Counted from the stretch's first letter, positions 41,713 to 51,141 are shown. The stretch: DNA of 64,000 nucleotides from a candidate division FCPU426 bacterium (GCA_963840035.1 CAWIXE010000001.1:32001-96000), one strand, 5' to 3'. A program made the numbers and translations. Notes: generated by a model from the letters alone, not told the origin.

Positions 41713-42819
41713 TTAGAATGTTACCCTCACGCCAAGCGACGGCCTCGTGTAGACGAGCGTCGATGTGCCTGAGTTGTTCCTGATATCCACTACGTCGGTT
41801 GCGAACTGCAGGTATGTCGCGTCAGCAAGCGATATTACAGCGCCCGCCGTTGTCTGAACGCCCATGACAGGCATTGCCGTTGTTTTCGTGAAGTTGTCAT
41901 ATTTCCAGTCATGCGCGGCAAAAAGCTTGAGCCACGGCAGCACTTTATACATTGCCTTCACATAATATGTGTCTGAAATTCCGTCCTGTGATGCCGAGAT
42001 AAGCTGTTCCTGTTTTCCCGCGGCGTACTCCGACCTGATGGAAAAATCGCCGATTGAATACATGAACCCGGCTGACCACTTGGTGTTTGCAAGCTTTTCC
42101 TTGGCGCCAGTCCTTGCCGAGTATATCGAGCCAAGAACCGTAAGGCCGTTCCATACCGGCTCAACGTGCAGCATGACTCCCGGCTCGTTGTTTATGTCAA
42201 AAGCTCCGTCCTCTGTTCCGCCGTTAACGACGTACGCGTATACAGGAAGAGTCACATCGCCGATGGAAAATGCCTTGCTTACTTCGATACCGCTGTCATG
42301 CACCGCTCCAATGCCGAGGGCAAATAGGCCTCCGTTAAACTGCTCTTCCCAGAAAAGTTCGTGTCCGTACTCTGCCGTAAACTTAGGGTGTACCTGTCCG
42401 ACTTCCATTGTAACGTCATAAGGAAGGTCGAATATTACCACTGCTTTGCCGTGTCCGAAATCTTTGAACACATAAGCGGAACCTGCTGTAGCTGTCTGCG
42501 TAACCCCGAACTTCGGCGTCGCGCCTGTGCTGCAGGAAAATTTCGGGTCTACTTCAAAGCTTATCCAGTTATTGATTTTTCCCGAGATGAAAAGGTCCAG
42601 TTCCTTAAAGCCAAAACCGTAAGATTTTTCTATAGCTGTCTGAGTGCCGTTATTCCTTACGATTGATGACGGGCGGTCAAACAGCGTCATCTTTATGTGC
42701 CCGCCTACCGATACCGACGGCCCTTCCCCTGTTGCTGCCGCTTCTTCGGCAAATGAAAACACCGCGAAGCCAAGCGCAAGAACCGTTACAACTGCCACCG
42801 CAAAAAATTTCCTGAACAT
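41713..42819 (-). CDS. outer-membrane beta-barrel/porin
   Basis: Signal peptide, alternating amphipathic strands, C-terminal LGVRVTF. Confidence 0.75.
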   Translation of the reverse strand: MFRKFFAVAVVTVLALGFAVFSFAEEAAATGEGPSVSVGGHIKMTLFDRPSSIVRNNGTQTAIEKSYGFGFKELDLFISGKINNWISFEVDPKFSCSTGATPKFGVTQTATAGSAYVFKDFGHGKAVVIFDLPYDVTMEVGQVHPKFTAEYGHELFWEEQFNGGLFALGIGAVHDSGIEVSKAFSIGDVTLPVYAYVVNGGTEDGAFDINNEPGVMLHVEPVWNGLTVLGSIYSARTGAKEKLANTKWSAGFMYSIGDFSIRSEYAAGKQEQLISASQDGISDTYYVKAMYKVLPWLKLFAAHDWKYDNFTKTTAMPVMGVQTTAGAVISLADATYLQFATDVVDIRNNSGTSTLVYTRPSLGVRVTF

Positions 42820-42871
42820 GCTGTCCTCCTTGAGTTTTTTCAGGCCGGGTTTAAAGCCCGCCTTTTTTTTG

Positions 42872-43387
42872 TTATGCCTGTACTGTTTTTTCCTTATACA
42901 GCCACATTTCGTATAACGGCACTACGAGCATAATTAGCAGCGAAATACCCAGCAGCATACCCGAGAGCACCATGAATATTGACATCCACGCCGCCACATA
43001 CCTGATTAGCCAGAAAGACGCGTTCGCGATTAAAACCGCGATAAAGCCGTCAACAAGCGCGAATTTTTTTAGCCACTTCGGCACTGACCTTGCGAACATG
43101 AAGATTAAGCCTATTGTGAATGTCATAAGCGTCATCCCGAAGAAATGCGTATGGGTGTGCTGCATGAGGTACGCGGCGTCCGGTGGCTCAATCATTTTAG
43201 CCTCGTTGCCCCTGTAGTGGTCCGCGATTGAATCCGGGTTAAACCCTTCCGTTAAAGCCACCGTGCCTACCGCCGTCAAATAAGCCATACCCATACAGAT
43301 AATAAACAGGGTCAAAAACAGCTTGATGGTCAGCGATAATTTGCTTAAGTTCACCATCTTTTCAATTTCCTGCACTTCGTTTTCCAT
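42872..43387 (-). CDS. 4-TM membrane protein of unknown function (HYRG, HTHxFGM)
   Basis: Close paralog at 46972-47484; GGAGG RBS. Confidence 0.75.
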   Translation of the reverse strand: MENEVQEIEKMVNLSKLSLTIKLFLTLFIICMGMAYLTAVGTVALTEGFNPDSIADHYRGNEAKMIEPPDAAYLMQHTHTHFFGMTLMTFTIGLIFMFARSVPKWLKKFALVDGFIAVLIANASFWLIRYVAAWMSIFMVLSGMLLGISLLIMLVVPLYEMWLYKEKTVQA

Positions 43388-43414
43388 AAACCCGCCTCCT
43401 TTGTAATGTATATT

Positions 43415-44611
43415 TTATATTGAGACTTCCGCGCTGGTGTAAAGCGCCGCAATTACCGCCGTAAAGTAGGCGATCGCGCTTTTTAAATCCCGCTTTTTCT
43501 CGTTTTTAAAACTTTTTACAAGACCCGCGGCCCTGTCCCAAAAAAGCGGCACAGCGGCCCATGACCTGACTATGATATGCGAGGTCCTGCTGCCGTTTAT
43601 CCCGGCGAACTTAAATGGCCTTAAAAATCCTTCTATTGATTTAAGCAGCCCTTCGGGCGCCGTTGTCTTTATCATCAGGTCGGCCGTAATCATGAGAAGG
43701 ACCATTCTGAATACAAACATCGCTCCCATACTAAGGCCTGTTTCGGTTATACTAACGGGCCCTGCAGCGTATAACACCGCTCCTCCGTGGTTAAAAAACA
43801 GCGGCATAAAGAATGAAAACATCAGAAACCATTTCATCCTTGCAACCCCTGTGAAAATCGCCTTAAAACTTATTCCGGCTGCCATTGCCGTGATCAGTAT
43901 TGCGGCGAGCATGGCCAGGAATAATTCCCTGCTGGAAAAAAATATTATTGCCGCAGCTGCCGCCGCGGTTATAATTATTTTCATTGACGGGTCTGCCGCG
44001 TGAAGAAAAGACTTTCCATTTATATATCCGCGCCACGGCGCGGATGCAGCCTGTTTTTCGCCCGTGAATCCCATGGCCTTCTCATTAGCGCTGCCGGGCA
44101 GAGCGATCTTCGCGCATACTCCGGACGCCACAAGGCCTGTTATCCATCCCGTAACCACCGAACTTATACCCAGCCAGGGCGCGAGCATTAAAACACCCGG
44201 GCTTCTTATAAAGAACGCGTAAATCACCGCCAGCTGGGTCATGTTATGCGCCACAGCGCCAAGCAGGCTGATTCCTATGAGGCTTAAGGCGGGTTTTTTA
44301 AAGTTTTTAAGTATGGAATACACGGCGCCCATGACAACGCTGCTGGCTAATGCCGATGTGAAGCTTAATATAAAGGAAGTGGAAAGGAAAGTTCCGAGTA
44401 AAAGCGAGCTTATTAGCGACCTTAACACGGCTATTTCCACAGCCGCTCCAAACCCCAGGTCCACAAGAGCGACTAAAGTAATCATGTTTGCAAGGCCGAG
44501 TTTTATGCCGGGTATGGGCTGCGGTAAAAAGGATTCCGCCATCTGGAGGATGGAGGCTATCGTGACAAGGAGCGCTGTTTTCTCTGTTTTTACGTCGGGT
44601 TTAAAATTCAT
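43415..44611 (-). CDS. Gx transporter (EetB-like) fused to an EcfT domain
   Basis: PGIKLGLAN...AHNMTQ; EcfT start motif YI.GKSFLHAADPSMK; TT.P..L...IE..L.P. Confidence 0.85.
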   Translation of the reverse strand: MNFKPDVKTEKTALLVTIASILQMAESFLPQPIPGIKLGLANMITLVALVDLGFGAAVEIAVLRSLISSLLLGTFLSTSFILSFTSALASSVVMGAVYSILKNFKKPALSLIGISLLGAVAHNMTQLAVIYAFFIRSPGVLMLAPWLGISSVVTGWITGLVASGVCAKIALPGSANEKAMGFTGEKQAASAPWRGYINGKSFLHAADPSMKIIITAAAAAAIIFFSSRELFLAMLAAILITAMAAGISFKAIFTGVARMKWFLMFSFFMPLFFNHGGAVLYAAGPVSITETGLSMGAMFVFRMVLLMITADLMIKTTAPEGLLKSIEGFLRPFKFAGINGSRTSHIIVRSWAAVPLFWDRAAGLVKSFKNEKKRDLKSAIAYFTAVIAALYTSAEVSI

Positions 44612-44619
44612 ATGCCGCC

Positions 44620-44994
44620 TCAGTAACTGACAGTATCAAACTGTGTGGAATTATTTCTTGGTATTTCTATTATTACCCTGTTTGGCAGGCATACCAGCGA
44701 CTGCCCCGGCTGGGAAATCCATCCGCCATGGCTGCAGATCTTCCTCGGACAGTCCGACTTTAACACCCTTACACTGCCATCTTTGACCTCAATTTCCATG
44801 CCGTTTATAACGGTGATTGAATCTTTTTGAAGGCTGATCTCATGTTTATCGTCATTATTTTTTGTTATTTCGGCCACCTCTGAGCGCTGGCCTGGCAGAA
44901 GCGTTGAAAACAGGGGCGCTGAAAATAACACAAGTATAAGCATGGCCGCGGCGTAATCCATCGGCCTGGCGGAATAAAACCTTGTTTTATCCAT
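44620..44994 (-). CDS. NusG domain II protein (EetA-like)
   Basis: SDCPRKICSHGGWISQPGQSLVCLPNRVII. Confidence 0.9.
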   Translation of the reverse strand: MDKTRFYSARPMDYAAAMLILVLFSAPLFSTLLPGQRSEVAEITKNNDDKHEISLQKDSITVINGMEIEVKDGSVRVLKSDCPRKICSHGGWISQPGQSLVCLPNRVIIEIPRNNSTQFDTVSY

Positions 44995-45026
44995 TTCAAT
45001 CGCCTCCCTGCATTCTAATTGCTACT

Positions 45027-45074
45027 AATACTATCTCTTTAGTAGTATTATAGCAGGCGGTTAATAAATGTCAA
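45027..45074 (-). promoter_or_regulatory. sigma70 promoter overlapped by an Rrf2-type palindrome
   Basis: TTGACA-N16-TATAAT; AATACTA-N9-TAGTATT at 45027-45049. Confidence 0.6.
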
Positions 45075-45240
45075 GTATGATTTTTCACAAGCGGGGGTCT
45101 TCCGGACGGATATTTTCGCCTCAACATTCATGTGCGCGCTTTTATTCACATGACGCGGGCGGCGGTTGCCGCATTATATGATTACAAATAAAAAACCGGC
45201 GGCTTTTCAGCCGCCGGCATTATGTCTTTACATGCAGGCG

Positions 45241-45756
45241 CTATTTTTTTTCAGCAAACGCGCCGTATATGACCAGCGCCCTTTTTGCGGCTATTGCCAC
45301 AGCTTTTGACGAAATGGTGGCGCCTGTTATCGCCCTGATGTCCTTGCCTGTCTCGATGCTGTCAGCCGCTGATTTTCCGGCAAACTGCTTGATAAAATTA
45401 GGCTGCTTGATGCCCGCGCCGCGCTTTTCCGACATTGAGATAAACCCTATGTCCCTGATCTTTTTTGTCGCGGGGTCGATGGATATTGCCATCTTGATGG
45501 GACCCCATTTTCCCTTCTGCTCCTCTATGACCACGGCGCCGGTCTTTGAGGAGTATATTTCATACTTCTTACTTACGGGCATTTTGTTATTCAGCGCGGC
45601 CTGCACCCTTGCGGTTACCGCGTCTGTGACTTCAAAGGCCACGGCTTTCAGGTCTGTATCAGGCAGCAGACCCTTGACCACGGTCTCTTTCATGTCCGCG
45701 GCAATGACACCCGCTGCAACCGATAACATAAGCATCAAAAACAATATTTTCTTCAT
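45241..45756 (-). CDS. exported FMN-binding domain protein (copy 2)
   Basis: AITGATISS; highly similar to 41071-41604. Confidence 0.9.
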   Translation of the reverse strand: MKKILFLMLMLSVAAGVIAADMKETVVKGLLPDTDLKAVAFEVTDAVTARVQAALNNKMPVSKKYEIYSSKTGAVVIEEQKGKWGPIKMAISIDPATKKIRDIGFISMSEKRGAGIKQPNFIKQFAGKSAADSIETGKDIRAITGATISSKAVAIAAKRALVIYGAFAEKK

Positions 45757-45789
45757 TCACTTCCTCCTTAACATATTGGTCTTTTCTTA

Positions 45790-46887
45790 TTAAAAAGTCA
45801 TCCTTACGGCGAGGGTGGGCCTTACGAATTGAAGGCCGTCCGCCCCGTTATTCTGCATCCAGTCGGCGCAGTCCACCTGAAGCATTACATATGTGCTGTC
45901 CGAAAGGTTCATGTCCAGGACCGCGGTATTTGTTATGTACTTTTCCCCTCCCAGGTTTGCGGTATAGAAAAACCCGTTAAAATTATGCGCGGCCACGTTA
46001 TAATTGTAAACAAGCTTCAGCCACGGCATGAATTTATACGCGGCCTTAATATAGTAGCCGTATGTTGCCGCGTCCTTTCCGGCGCCCATTTTGTTTTCCC
46101 ACCTGCCGTTTGCAATCTCCGCGCGCAGCTGCAGGGCTTCCCAGTTGAACTGGATTCCTCCTGAAGCCCTCTGATACGCATTGTGCCTGCCCGTGTCGTA
46201 CGTCCCCACAGTATAAGACCCCATGACTTTGAACATCCCCATGGCCGGTTCGGTATGTATCATCACCGCGGGCTGCCTGTTGTTGTCATAAGTGTCCTCC
46301 GCGCCGTATCCGTTCATGGCATATAGCCAGACAGGGATGGCCGCATCACCTACAGCAAAGGATTTATATATTTCTATGCCTGTATCCGCCATTTCCCCCA
46401 GCCAGGGATTGGCGGCAAATTTTGATCCGTTGAATTCCTCATCCCAGAATAGCTCCTGCCCGTATTCCACTGTAAAGAGCGGCTTTAAAAGCCCTGCCGA
46501 TATCTCCACCTCCATCGGGGCGGTATATTTTATCAGCGCCTTGTTAAATCCTCCAAACGCCGCCGATTCCGATGAAAGATTATCGCCGATGTTGCTTCCA
46601 AACTTCGGGGTGGCTCCCGTGCTTGCCCTGAATGACGGCTCCACCTCGACAGACAGTACGTCGGATAATGTCTGTGAAATATACAGTATTACCTCGCCAA
46701 AGCTGAATCCGGTAAATTCAGTCGAGCCGTATTTCACGCCGCCCGCCGCCGTCCTTACCCCGTCTGCCGCGTCAAATAAAGTCATTTTTATGTGTCCGCC
46801 TACAGTGGTTCCTGTGTCGGCGCAAAACGACGCGGGCGCAAATGCCATTACAAAAACAGCTGCAAATAACAACATTTTCTTTTTCAT
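45790..46887 (-). CDS. outer-membrane beta-barrel/porin (copy 2)
   Basis: Shares GGHIKMTLFD, STGATPKFG, EYG.ELFW.E.FNG with 41713-42819; terminal Phe. Confidence 0.75.
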   Translation of the reverse strand: MKKKMLLFAAVFVMAFAPASFCADTGTTVGGHIKMTLFDAADGVRTAAGGVKYGSTEFTGFSFGEVILYISQTLSDVLSVEVEPSFRASTGATPKFGSNIGDNLSSESAAFGGFNKALIKYTAPMEVEISAGLLKPLFTVEYGQELFWDEEFNGSKFAANPWLGEMADTGIEIYKSFAVGDAAIPVWLYAMNGYGAEDTYDNNRQPAVMIHTEPAMGMFKVMGSYTVGTYDTGRHNAYQRASGGIQFNWEALQLRAEIANGRWENKMGAGKDAATYGYYIKAAYKFMPWLKLVYNYNVAAHNFNGFFYTANLGGEKYITNTAVLDMNLSDSTYVMLQVDCADWMQNNGADGLQFVRPTLAVRMTF

Positions 46888-46971
46888 GTTTTCCTCCCCT
46901 GATTTTAATTCCCCTTATACTGCGCTTTCATTAAAAAGCCTCAATCACCCCCGTAACTGATTATGCTTTTA

Positions 46972-47484
46972 TTACTTAACGGCTTTTTCTTTATAAAGCC
47001 ACATTTCATATAAAGGCACTAGAAGCATGACAGCCAATGAAATACCAAGTAAAATCCCGGACAGGACCATGAGCACCGCCATCCACGAAGCCACATACCT
47101 TATCAGCCAGAACGAGGACGTCGCGATTAACACAGCCACAAAACCGTCGACAAGCGCGAACTTTTTCAGCCATGCGGGTATGGACCTGGCAAACATGAAG
47201 ATAAGCCCTATGGAAAAGACCATAAGGGACATGCCGAACATATGCGTGTGGGTATGCTGCATCAGATACGCGTTATCAGGCGGTTCAATCATTTTTGCCT
47301 CGTTACCCCTGTAATGGTCGGCTATGCTTTCGATGGAAAAACCTTCTGACAACGCCACAGTCCCGACAGCTGACAAATACGCGAACCCCATGCAGATAAG
47401 GAACATGGTAAAAAAATACTTCAGTACTGGCGGAAGCTTGCTTAAGTTTAAAAGTGACAAAAACCCTTCTCTTTCATTTTCCAT
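46972..47484 (-). CDS. 4-TM membrane protein of unknown function (copy 2)
   Basis: SIADHYRGNEAKMIEPPD..YLMQHTHTH.FGM. Confidence 0.75.
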   Translation of the reverse strand: MENEREGFLSLLNLSKLPPVLKYFFTMFLICMGFAYLSAVGTVALSEGFSIESIADHYRGNEAKMIEPPDNAYLMQHTHTHMFGMSLMVFSIGLIFMFARSIPAWLKKFALVDGFVAVLIATSSFWLIRYVASWMAVLMVLSGILLGISLAVMLLVPLYEMWLYKEKAVK

Positions 47485-47695
47485 TTATAACCCCCCGGCG
47501 GTTTTTTAGCGTATTTTAAGCATACCCATGCAAATGCCATAATTTTAGCCATAAAGGCCTTTTAGACAAGATTTTAGTTATTAACCCCAATAAAATAAAG
47601 GAACAACTGCGTTTTTTAAACGGAATTTTTAGATATATATGATATACCATATAATAACGTGAATTTCAACCTGGCGCGGATTTTGATATTGTAAA

Positions 47696-47875
47696 TAATA
47701 GTGTGTAAACTCACTTTGGCCTTTAAATATCTTTGTTTTCATTAGAAACGGCTTTCACCCCTCTCCTCTTAGGAGAGGGGCAGGGGTGAGGTGAAACCAA
47801 TTGTCTTATTCCCCTCACCCTACCCTCTCCCAAATGGGAGAGGGATAAAAGAACAAATCAATTTACACACAATTA
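47696..47875. mobile_element. MITE-like element
   Basis: Ends TAATAGTGTGTAAACT...AATTTACACACAATTA; internal CCCTCACCCTACCCTCTCCC palindrome. Confidence 0.6.
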
Positions 47876-47913
47876 ATGACAGTATCCGGATTTTTTTGGC
47901 GTTATGCCCTGAA

Positions 47914-48131
47914 AGATACTGTCGAAAAACCCGGATTTTTATAGGTTTCGACTCAGTCATGCGATGTCTTTGCGAGGAGCGAGTTTCTCAGCTACGAAGC
48001 AATCTCTGTACTTTTGTGGAACCGCGCGTACTTAAATTGCTTATCAATGAAACTGGGATTGCTTCGTCGCCATGGACCAAAAACGGCTCCTCACAATGAC
48101 AATCTAATCAAGGACTTTTTCGACAGTATCT
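47914..48131. mobile_element. MITE with perfect 16-bp terminal inverted repeats
   Basis: AGATACTGTCGAAAAA...TTTTTCGACAGTATCT; internal GAAGCAATCTC/GGGATTGCTTC palindrome. Confidence 0.7.
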
Positions 48132-48174
48132 GCATAACAAAACCCCTCCTGTTAAGGAGGGGTTTTGTTATGCA
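48131..48174. terminator. intrinsic terminator hairpin downstream of the cupin gene
   Basis: TGCATAACAAAACCCCTCCT-GTTA-AGGAGGGGTTTTGTTATGCA. Confidence 0.7.
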
Positions 48175-48180
48175 GCTTTT

Positions 48181-48489
48181 TTATTCTTTTACCATGGTTA
48201 AAAGCATTTTAAATTTTTCCACAGCGGTCACCGCGTGCGGAACATTTGCCGGCATAATTATAAGCTCCCCTTGCGTCAGCTCTTGGGGCGTCCCGCCAAC
48301 AGTGATTCTTCCCGTCCCGTCCAAAACCTGCACTAGCGCCTCAAAAGGCGCGGTGTGCTCCGAAAGCGCCTGTCCCTTATCAAAGGCAAAAAGCGTAACA
48401 GTCCCTGATTTCTTGTTTAACAGCTGTTTTGAGACTATGGAATCCTTCGCATACTCAACCCCGTCTTTAAGAACAATTTTCTCAGCCAT
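48181..48489 (-). CDS. cupin domain protein
   Basis: FAFDKGQALSEHTAP, MPANVPHAV. Confidence 0.9.
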   Translation of the reverse strand: MAEKIVLKDGVEYAKDSIVSKQLLNKKSGTVTLFAFDKGQALSEHTAPFEALVQVLDGTGRITVGGTPQELTQGELIIMPANVPHAVTAVEKFKMLLTMVKE

Positions 48490-48621
48490 GATGTAACCTC
48501 CGTTTTTTTCGTTGAGTCTCAGAGACAGGAGACTGCAGACAAAAGTAAACCGAAGACTTACTTCTTACTCCTGTCTCCTATCTCTTGTCTCGCTATCCTT
48601 AGACTATTCTCATATCCCCGC

Positions 48622-49671
48622 TTAAAAACACCTTCCCTTTTTATCCCGCCTGCAAGTCTTTTCCCCGCACTGGTAGCATATCTCGTTTTTCAGGGCCCGG
48701 CCCCTGAAATAGTCGTCAATATTCTGAAGCGTGGTCTCGGCGATATTTGTGATGGCCTCTTTTGTGAAAAATCCCTGGTGCGATGTAATAAGGACATTGT
48801 TAAATGTCAGCAGCCTGGCCAGGGTATCGTCGTTCACAATCTTTCCGGAAAAGTCCTCAAAAAAATACTTGTCTTCCTCCTCATAAACATCAAGCCCGGC
48901 ATAGCCTATCTTATCCGTTTTTAGCCCCGCGATCAGTGCCTTTGTGTCTATGAGCCTGCCTCTGCCGGTATTTATTATCATCACGCCTTTTTTCATCATG
49001 CTTATGGCTTTCCTGTCTATCAGGTGGTCGGTTTCTTTCGTCAACGGGCAATGTAACGTGATTATGTCGGATTCCCTGAATAGCTTTTTTAGTTCGACAT
49101 ACTTAATCCCGTTTTTCACGGCGTATTTCCTGTCAGGGTAACTGTCATGGGCAAGTATTTTTACGCCGAATCCTTTCAATATATTTATCAGGATCCGGCC
49201 TATCCTGCCTGTGCCAATGACACCCACTGTTTTTCCGGCCATATCAAAACCCAGAAAACCGTTTATCGAAAAATTATTGTCCCTGGTCCTGTAATATGCC
49301 TTGTGTATTTTCCTGTTTAAGGAGAGCATCAGCGCCAGGGTATGTTCGGCCACGGCATTCGGGGAATATGCGGGGACCCTTGTCACATGAAGCTTTAAGT
49401 AAGCGGACCTCAGGTCGACATTATTATATCCGGCGGACCTTAAGGCGGCCATTCCTATGCCGTATTCATGGAATTTATCAATAACGGCTTTATCCAGTTT
49501 GTCGTTTACAAACGCGCATGCCGTATCAAAACCTTTCGCAAGATATGCCGTATCCTCATTTAAATGCTGCGGAAAATATTTTATTATATAGCCGAACTTT
49601 TTATTTACTTCATTGAAAACTTCAATGTCATAGGGCTTTGCGTCAAAAAAAGCTATTTTTTTGTTTTCCAT
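48622..49671 (-). CDS. ldhA: D-lactate dehydrogenase (2-hydroxyacid dehydrogenase)
   Basis: RSAGYNNVD, VPAYSP, GTGRIG, LDVYEEE, TSHQ. Confidence 0.85.
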   Translation of the reverse strand: MENKKIAFFDAKPYDIEVFNEVNKKFGYIIKYFPQHLNEDTAYLAKGFDTACAFVNDKLDKAVIDKFHEYGIGMAALRSAGYNNVDLRSAYLKLHVTRVPAYSPNAVAEHTLALMLSLNRKIHKAYYRTRDNNFSINGFLGFDMAGKTVGVIGTGRIGRILINILKGFGVKILAHDSYPDRKYAVKNGIKYVELKKLFRESDIITLHCPLTKETDHLIDRKAISMMKKGVMIINTGRGRLIDTKALIAGLKTDKIGYAGLDVYEEEDKYFFEDFSGKIVNDDTLARLLTFNNVLITSHQGFFTKEAITNIAETTLQNIDDYFRGRALKNEICYQCGEKTCRRDKKGRCF

Positions 49672-49811
49672 GGCAGCACCTCCGGAATTTTATATAAAAC
49701 GTCTTTATGAGTTTCAGAGACAGGAGATAGGAGACAAAAGTGAACCGCGGACCACTTCTTACTCCTGTCTCCAGTCTCTTGTCTCGCTCTTCCTCCACCA
49801 ACCACCCACTT

Positions 49812-50669
49812 CTATGCCCACTCCTCACTTAATATTTCTCCCTTAAGGCCGACAACAATTGCCTTAATGGGGACTTTTCTCTTTGCCTCGGCAACAGCCT
49901 GTTTTGCCATTCCAAGCAGCCCTCCGCAGCACGGCACCTGCATTATCATTACCGTCATTGTGTTTATTTTAGCCTCATCAACCATGGCAGTAAGTTTTTC
50001 CACATACACTTCCATGTCGCTGTCAAGTTTTGGGCATGCAATCGCAAGGGACTTTCCTTTTAAATAATCCCTGTGGAAATTTCCCATGGAAAAAGCCACG
50101 CAGTCAGCGGCTAAGACAAGGTCTTTACCCTGAAAATATGGCGCGGTAGGCGATACAAGATGAAGCTGGACAGGCCATTGCCTCAGTTCTGACGGTTGAT
50201 TCCCTGTATTATCCCCGCTATAAGTATGCACTGCATCTTCATTAAAATCAAGCATCCTGGAGCCGGGGCAGCCCCCTCCTCCATGTTCGTGTCCATGCAT
50301 TTTTTTCGCCTCCTTATAATTTGGGACTTCCATCCCTTTTTCCTTCAGGTATTCAAACGCTTCGCCCAGGTACTTTTTTTCGCCGTGATCGTCAAGGTGC
50401 TTTAAATGGGCTTTAAGGGTGTTGACTCCGGCCTTTACTATGTTTTCCATTACTTTTTTTTCGTCGTAAGGTTTAGCCTCTTTTTTTGTAACCTTAAGCG
50501 CGTCAACCGGGCATTCCTTTATGCAAGCTCCGAGGCCGTCGCATAAAAGGTCCGAGACAAGCCGCACCTTGCCGTCTATAACCTGGAGCGCGCCCTCAGG
50601 GCAGCCTGGCACGCAAACCCCGCACCCGTTGCATTTATCAAGGTCAATCTCTATCATGTCCCGCAGCAT
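49812..50669 (-). CDS. 4Fe-4S ferredoxin-domain protein
   Basis: CNGCGVCVPGCP, CDGLGACIKECP, QWPVQL, AADC, CPKLD, VPCC. Confidence 0.85.
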   Translation of the reverse strand: MLRDMIEIDLDKCNGCGVCVPGCPEGALQVIDGKVRLVSDLLCDGLGACIKECPVDALKVTKKEAKPYDEKKVMENIVKAGVNTLKAHLKHLDDHGEKKYLGEAFEYLKEKGMEVPNYKEAKKMHGHEHGGGGCPGSRMLDFNEDAVHTYSGDNTGNQPSELRQWPVQLHLVSPTAPYFQGKDLVLAADCVAFSMGNFHRDYLKGKSLAIACPKLDSDMEVYVEKLTAMVDEAKINTMTVMIMQVPCCGGLLGMAKQAVAEAKRKVPIKAIVVGLKGEILSEEWA

Positions 50670-50721
50670 AACCCACCGCCTTTTTATTATTCATTACTCA
50701 TTGTTAATTATTCATTGCTTG

Positions 50722-50770
50722 TATATCACCTTCTTAGTGATATATTACCAAATTAGTAGGAAACTGTCAA
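50722..50770 (-). promoter_or_regulatory. promoter with probable Rrf2/IscR operator
   Basis: TATATCACCTTCTTAGTGATAT (21/22 match to 59634-59655); TTGACA-N17-TAATAT. Confidence 0.7.
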
Positions 50771-50905
50771 CTGATTATTTCAAATTATATATATAAGGAA
50801 GGTTAATAAGAAATGGTGTTTATGTGGCGTAAAATCCCTCTGTGCGGGCCGCCACATGCGGCGGCCCCTACAGGGTTTATAAAAAAATATTTAAAGCCTG
50901 CGTTA

Positions 50906-51141
50906 CTCACCTCGTTATATTAAAAAAGGCCCGCTAAAATCAGCGGGCCTTTTTTAATCCGAATAGCTCACCTCATTATATTAAAAAAGGCCCGCTAAAA
51001 TCAGCGGGCCTTTTTTAATCCGAATAGCTTACCTCGTTATATTAAAAAAGGCCCGCTAAAATCAGCGGGCCTTTTTTAATCCGAATAGCTCACCTCGTTA
51101 TATTAAAAAAGGCCCGCTAAAATCAGCGGGCCTTTTTTAAT
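50906..51141. repeat. 61-bp tandem repeat (~4 copies), each containing a bidirectional terminator
   Basis: Unit starts 50906, 50967, 51028, 51089; AAAAAAGGCCCGCT-AAAATC-AGCGGGCCTTTTTT in each. Confidence 0.95.

Noticed and set aside
38882..47484. Rnf/Nqr complex
   Set aside because: RnfG-like FMN domains and ApbE are present, but no RnfA/B/C/D/E or Nqr subunits
47791..48099. 102-aa plus-strand ORF
   Set aside because: Runs across two palindromic MITEs and has no protein-like features
50906..51141. Possible CRISPR array
   Set aside because: The sequence between palindromes is also repeated, so there are no unique spacers, and no cas genes are present
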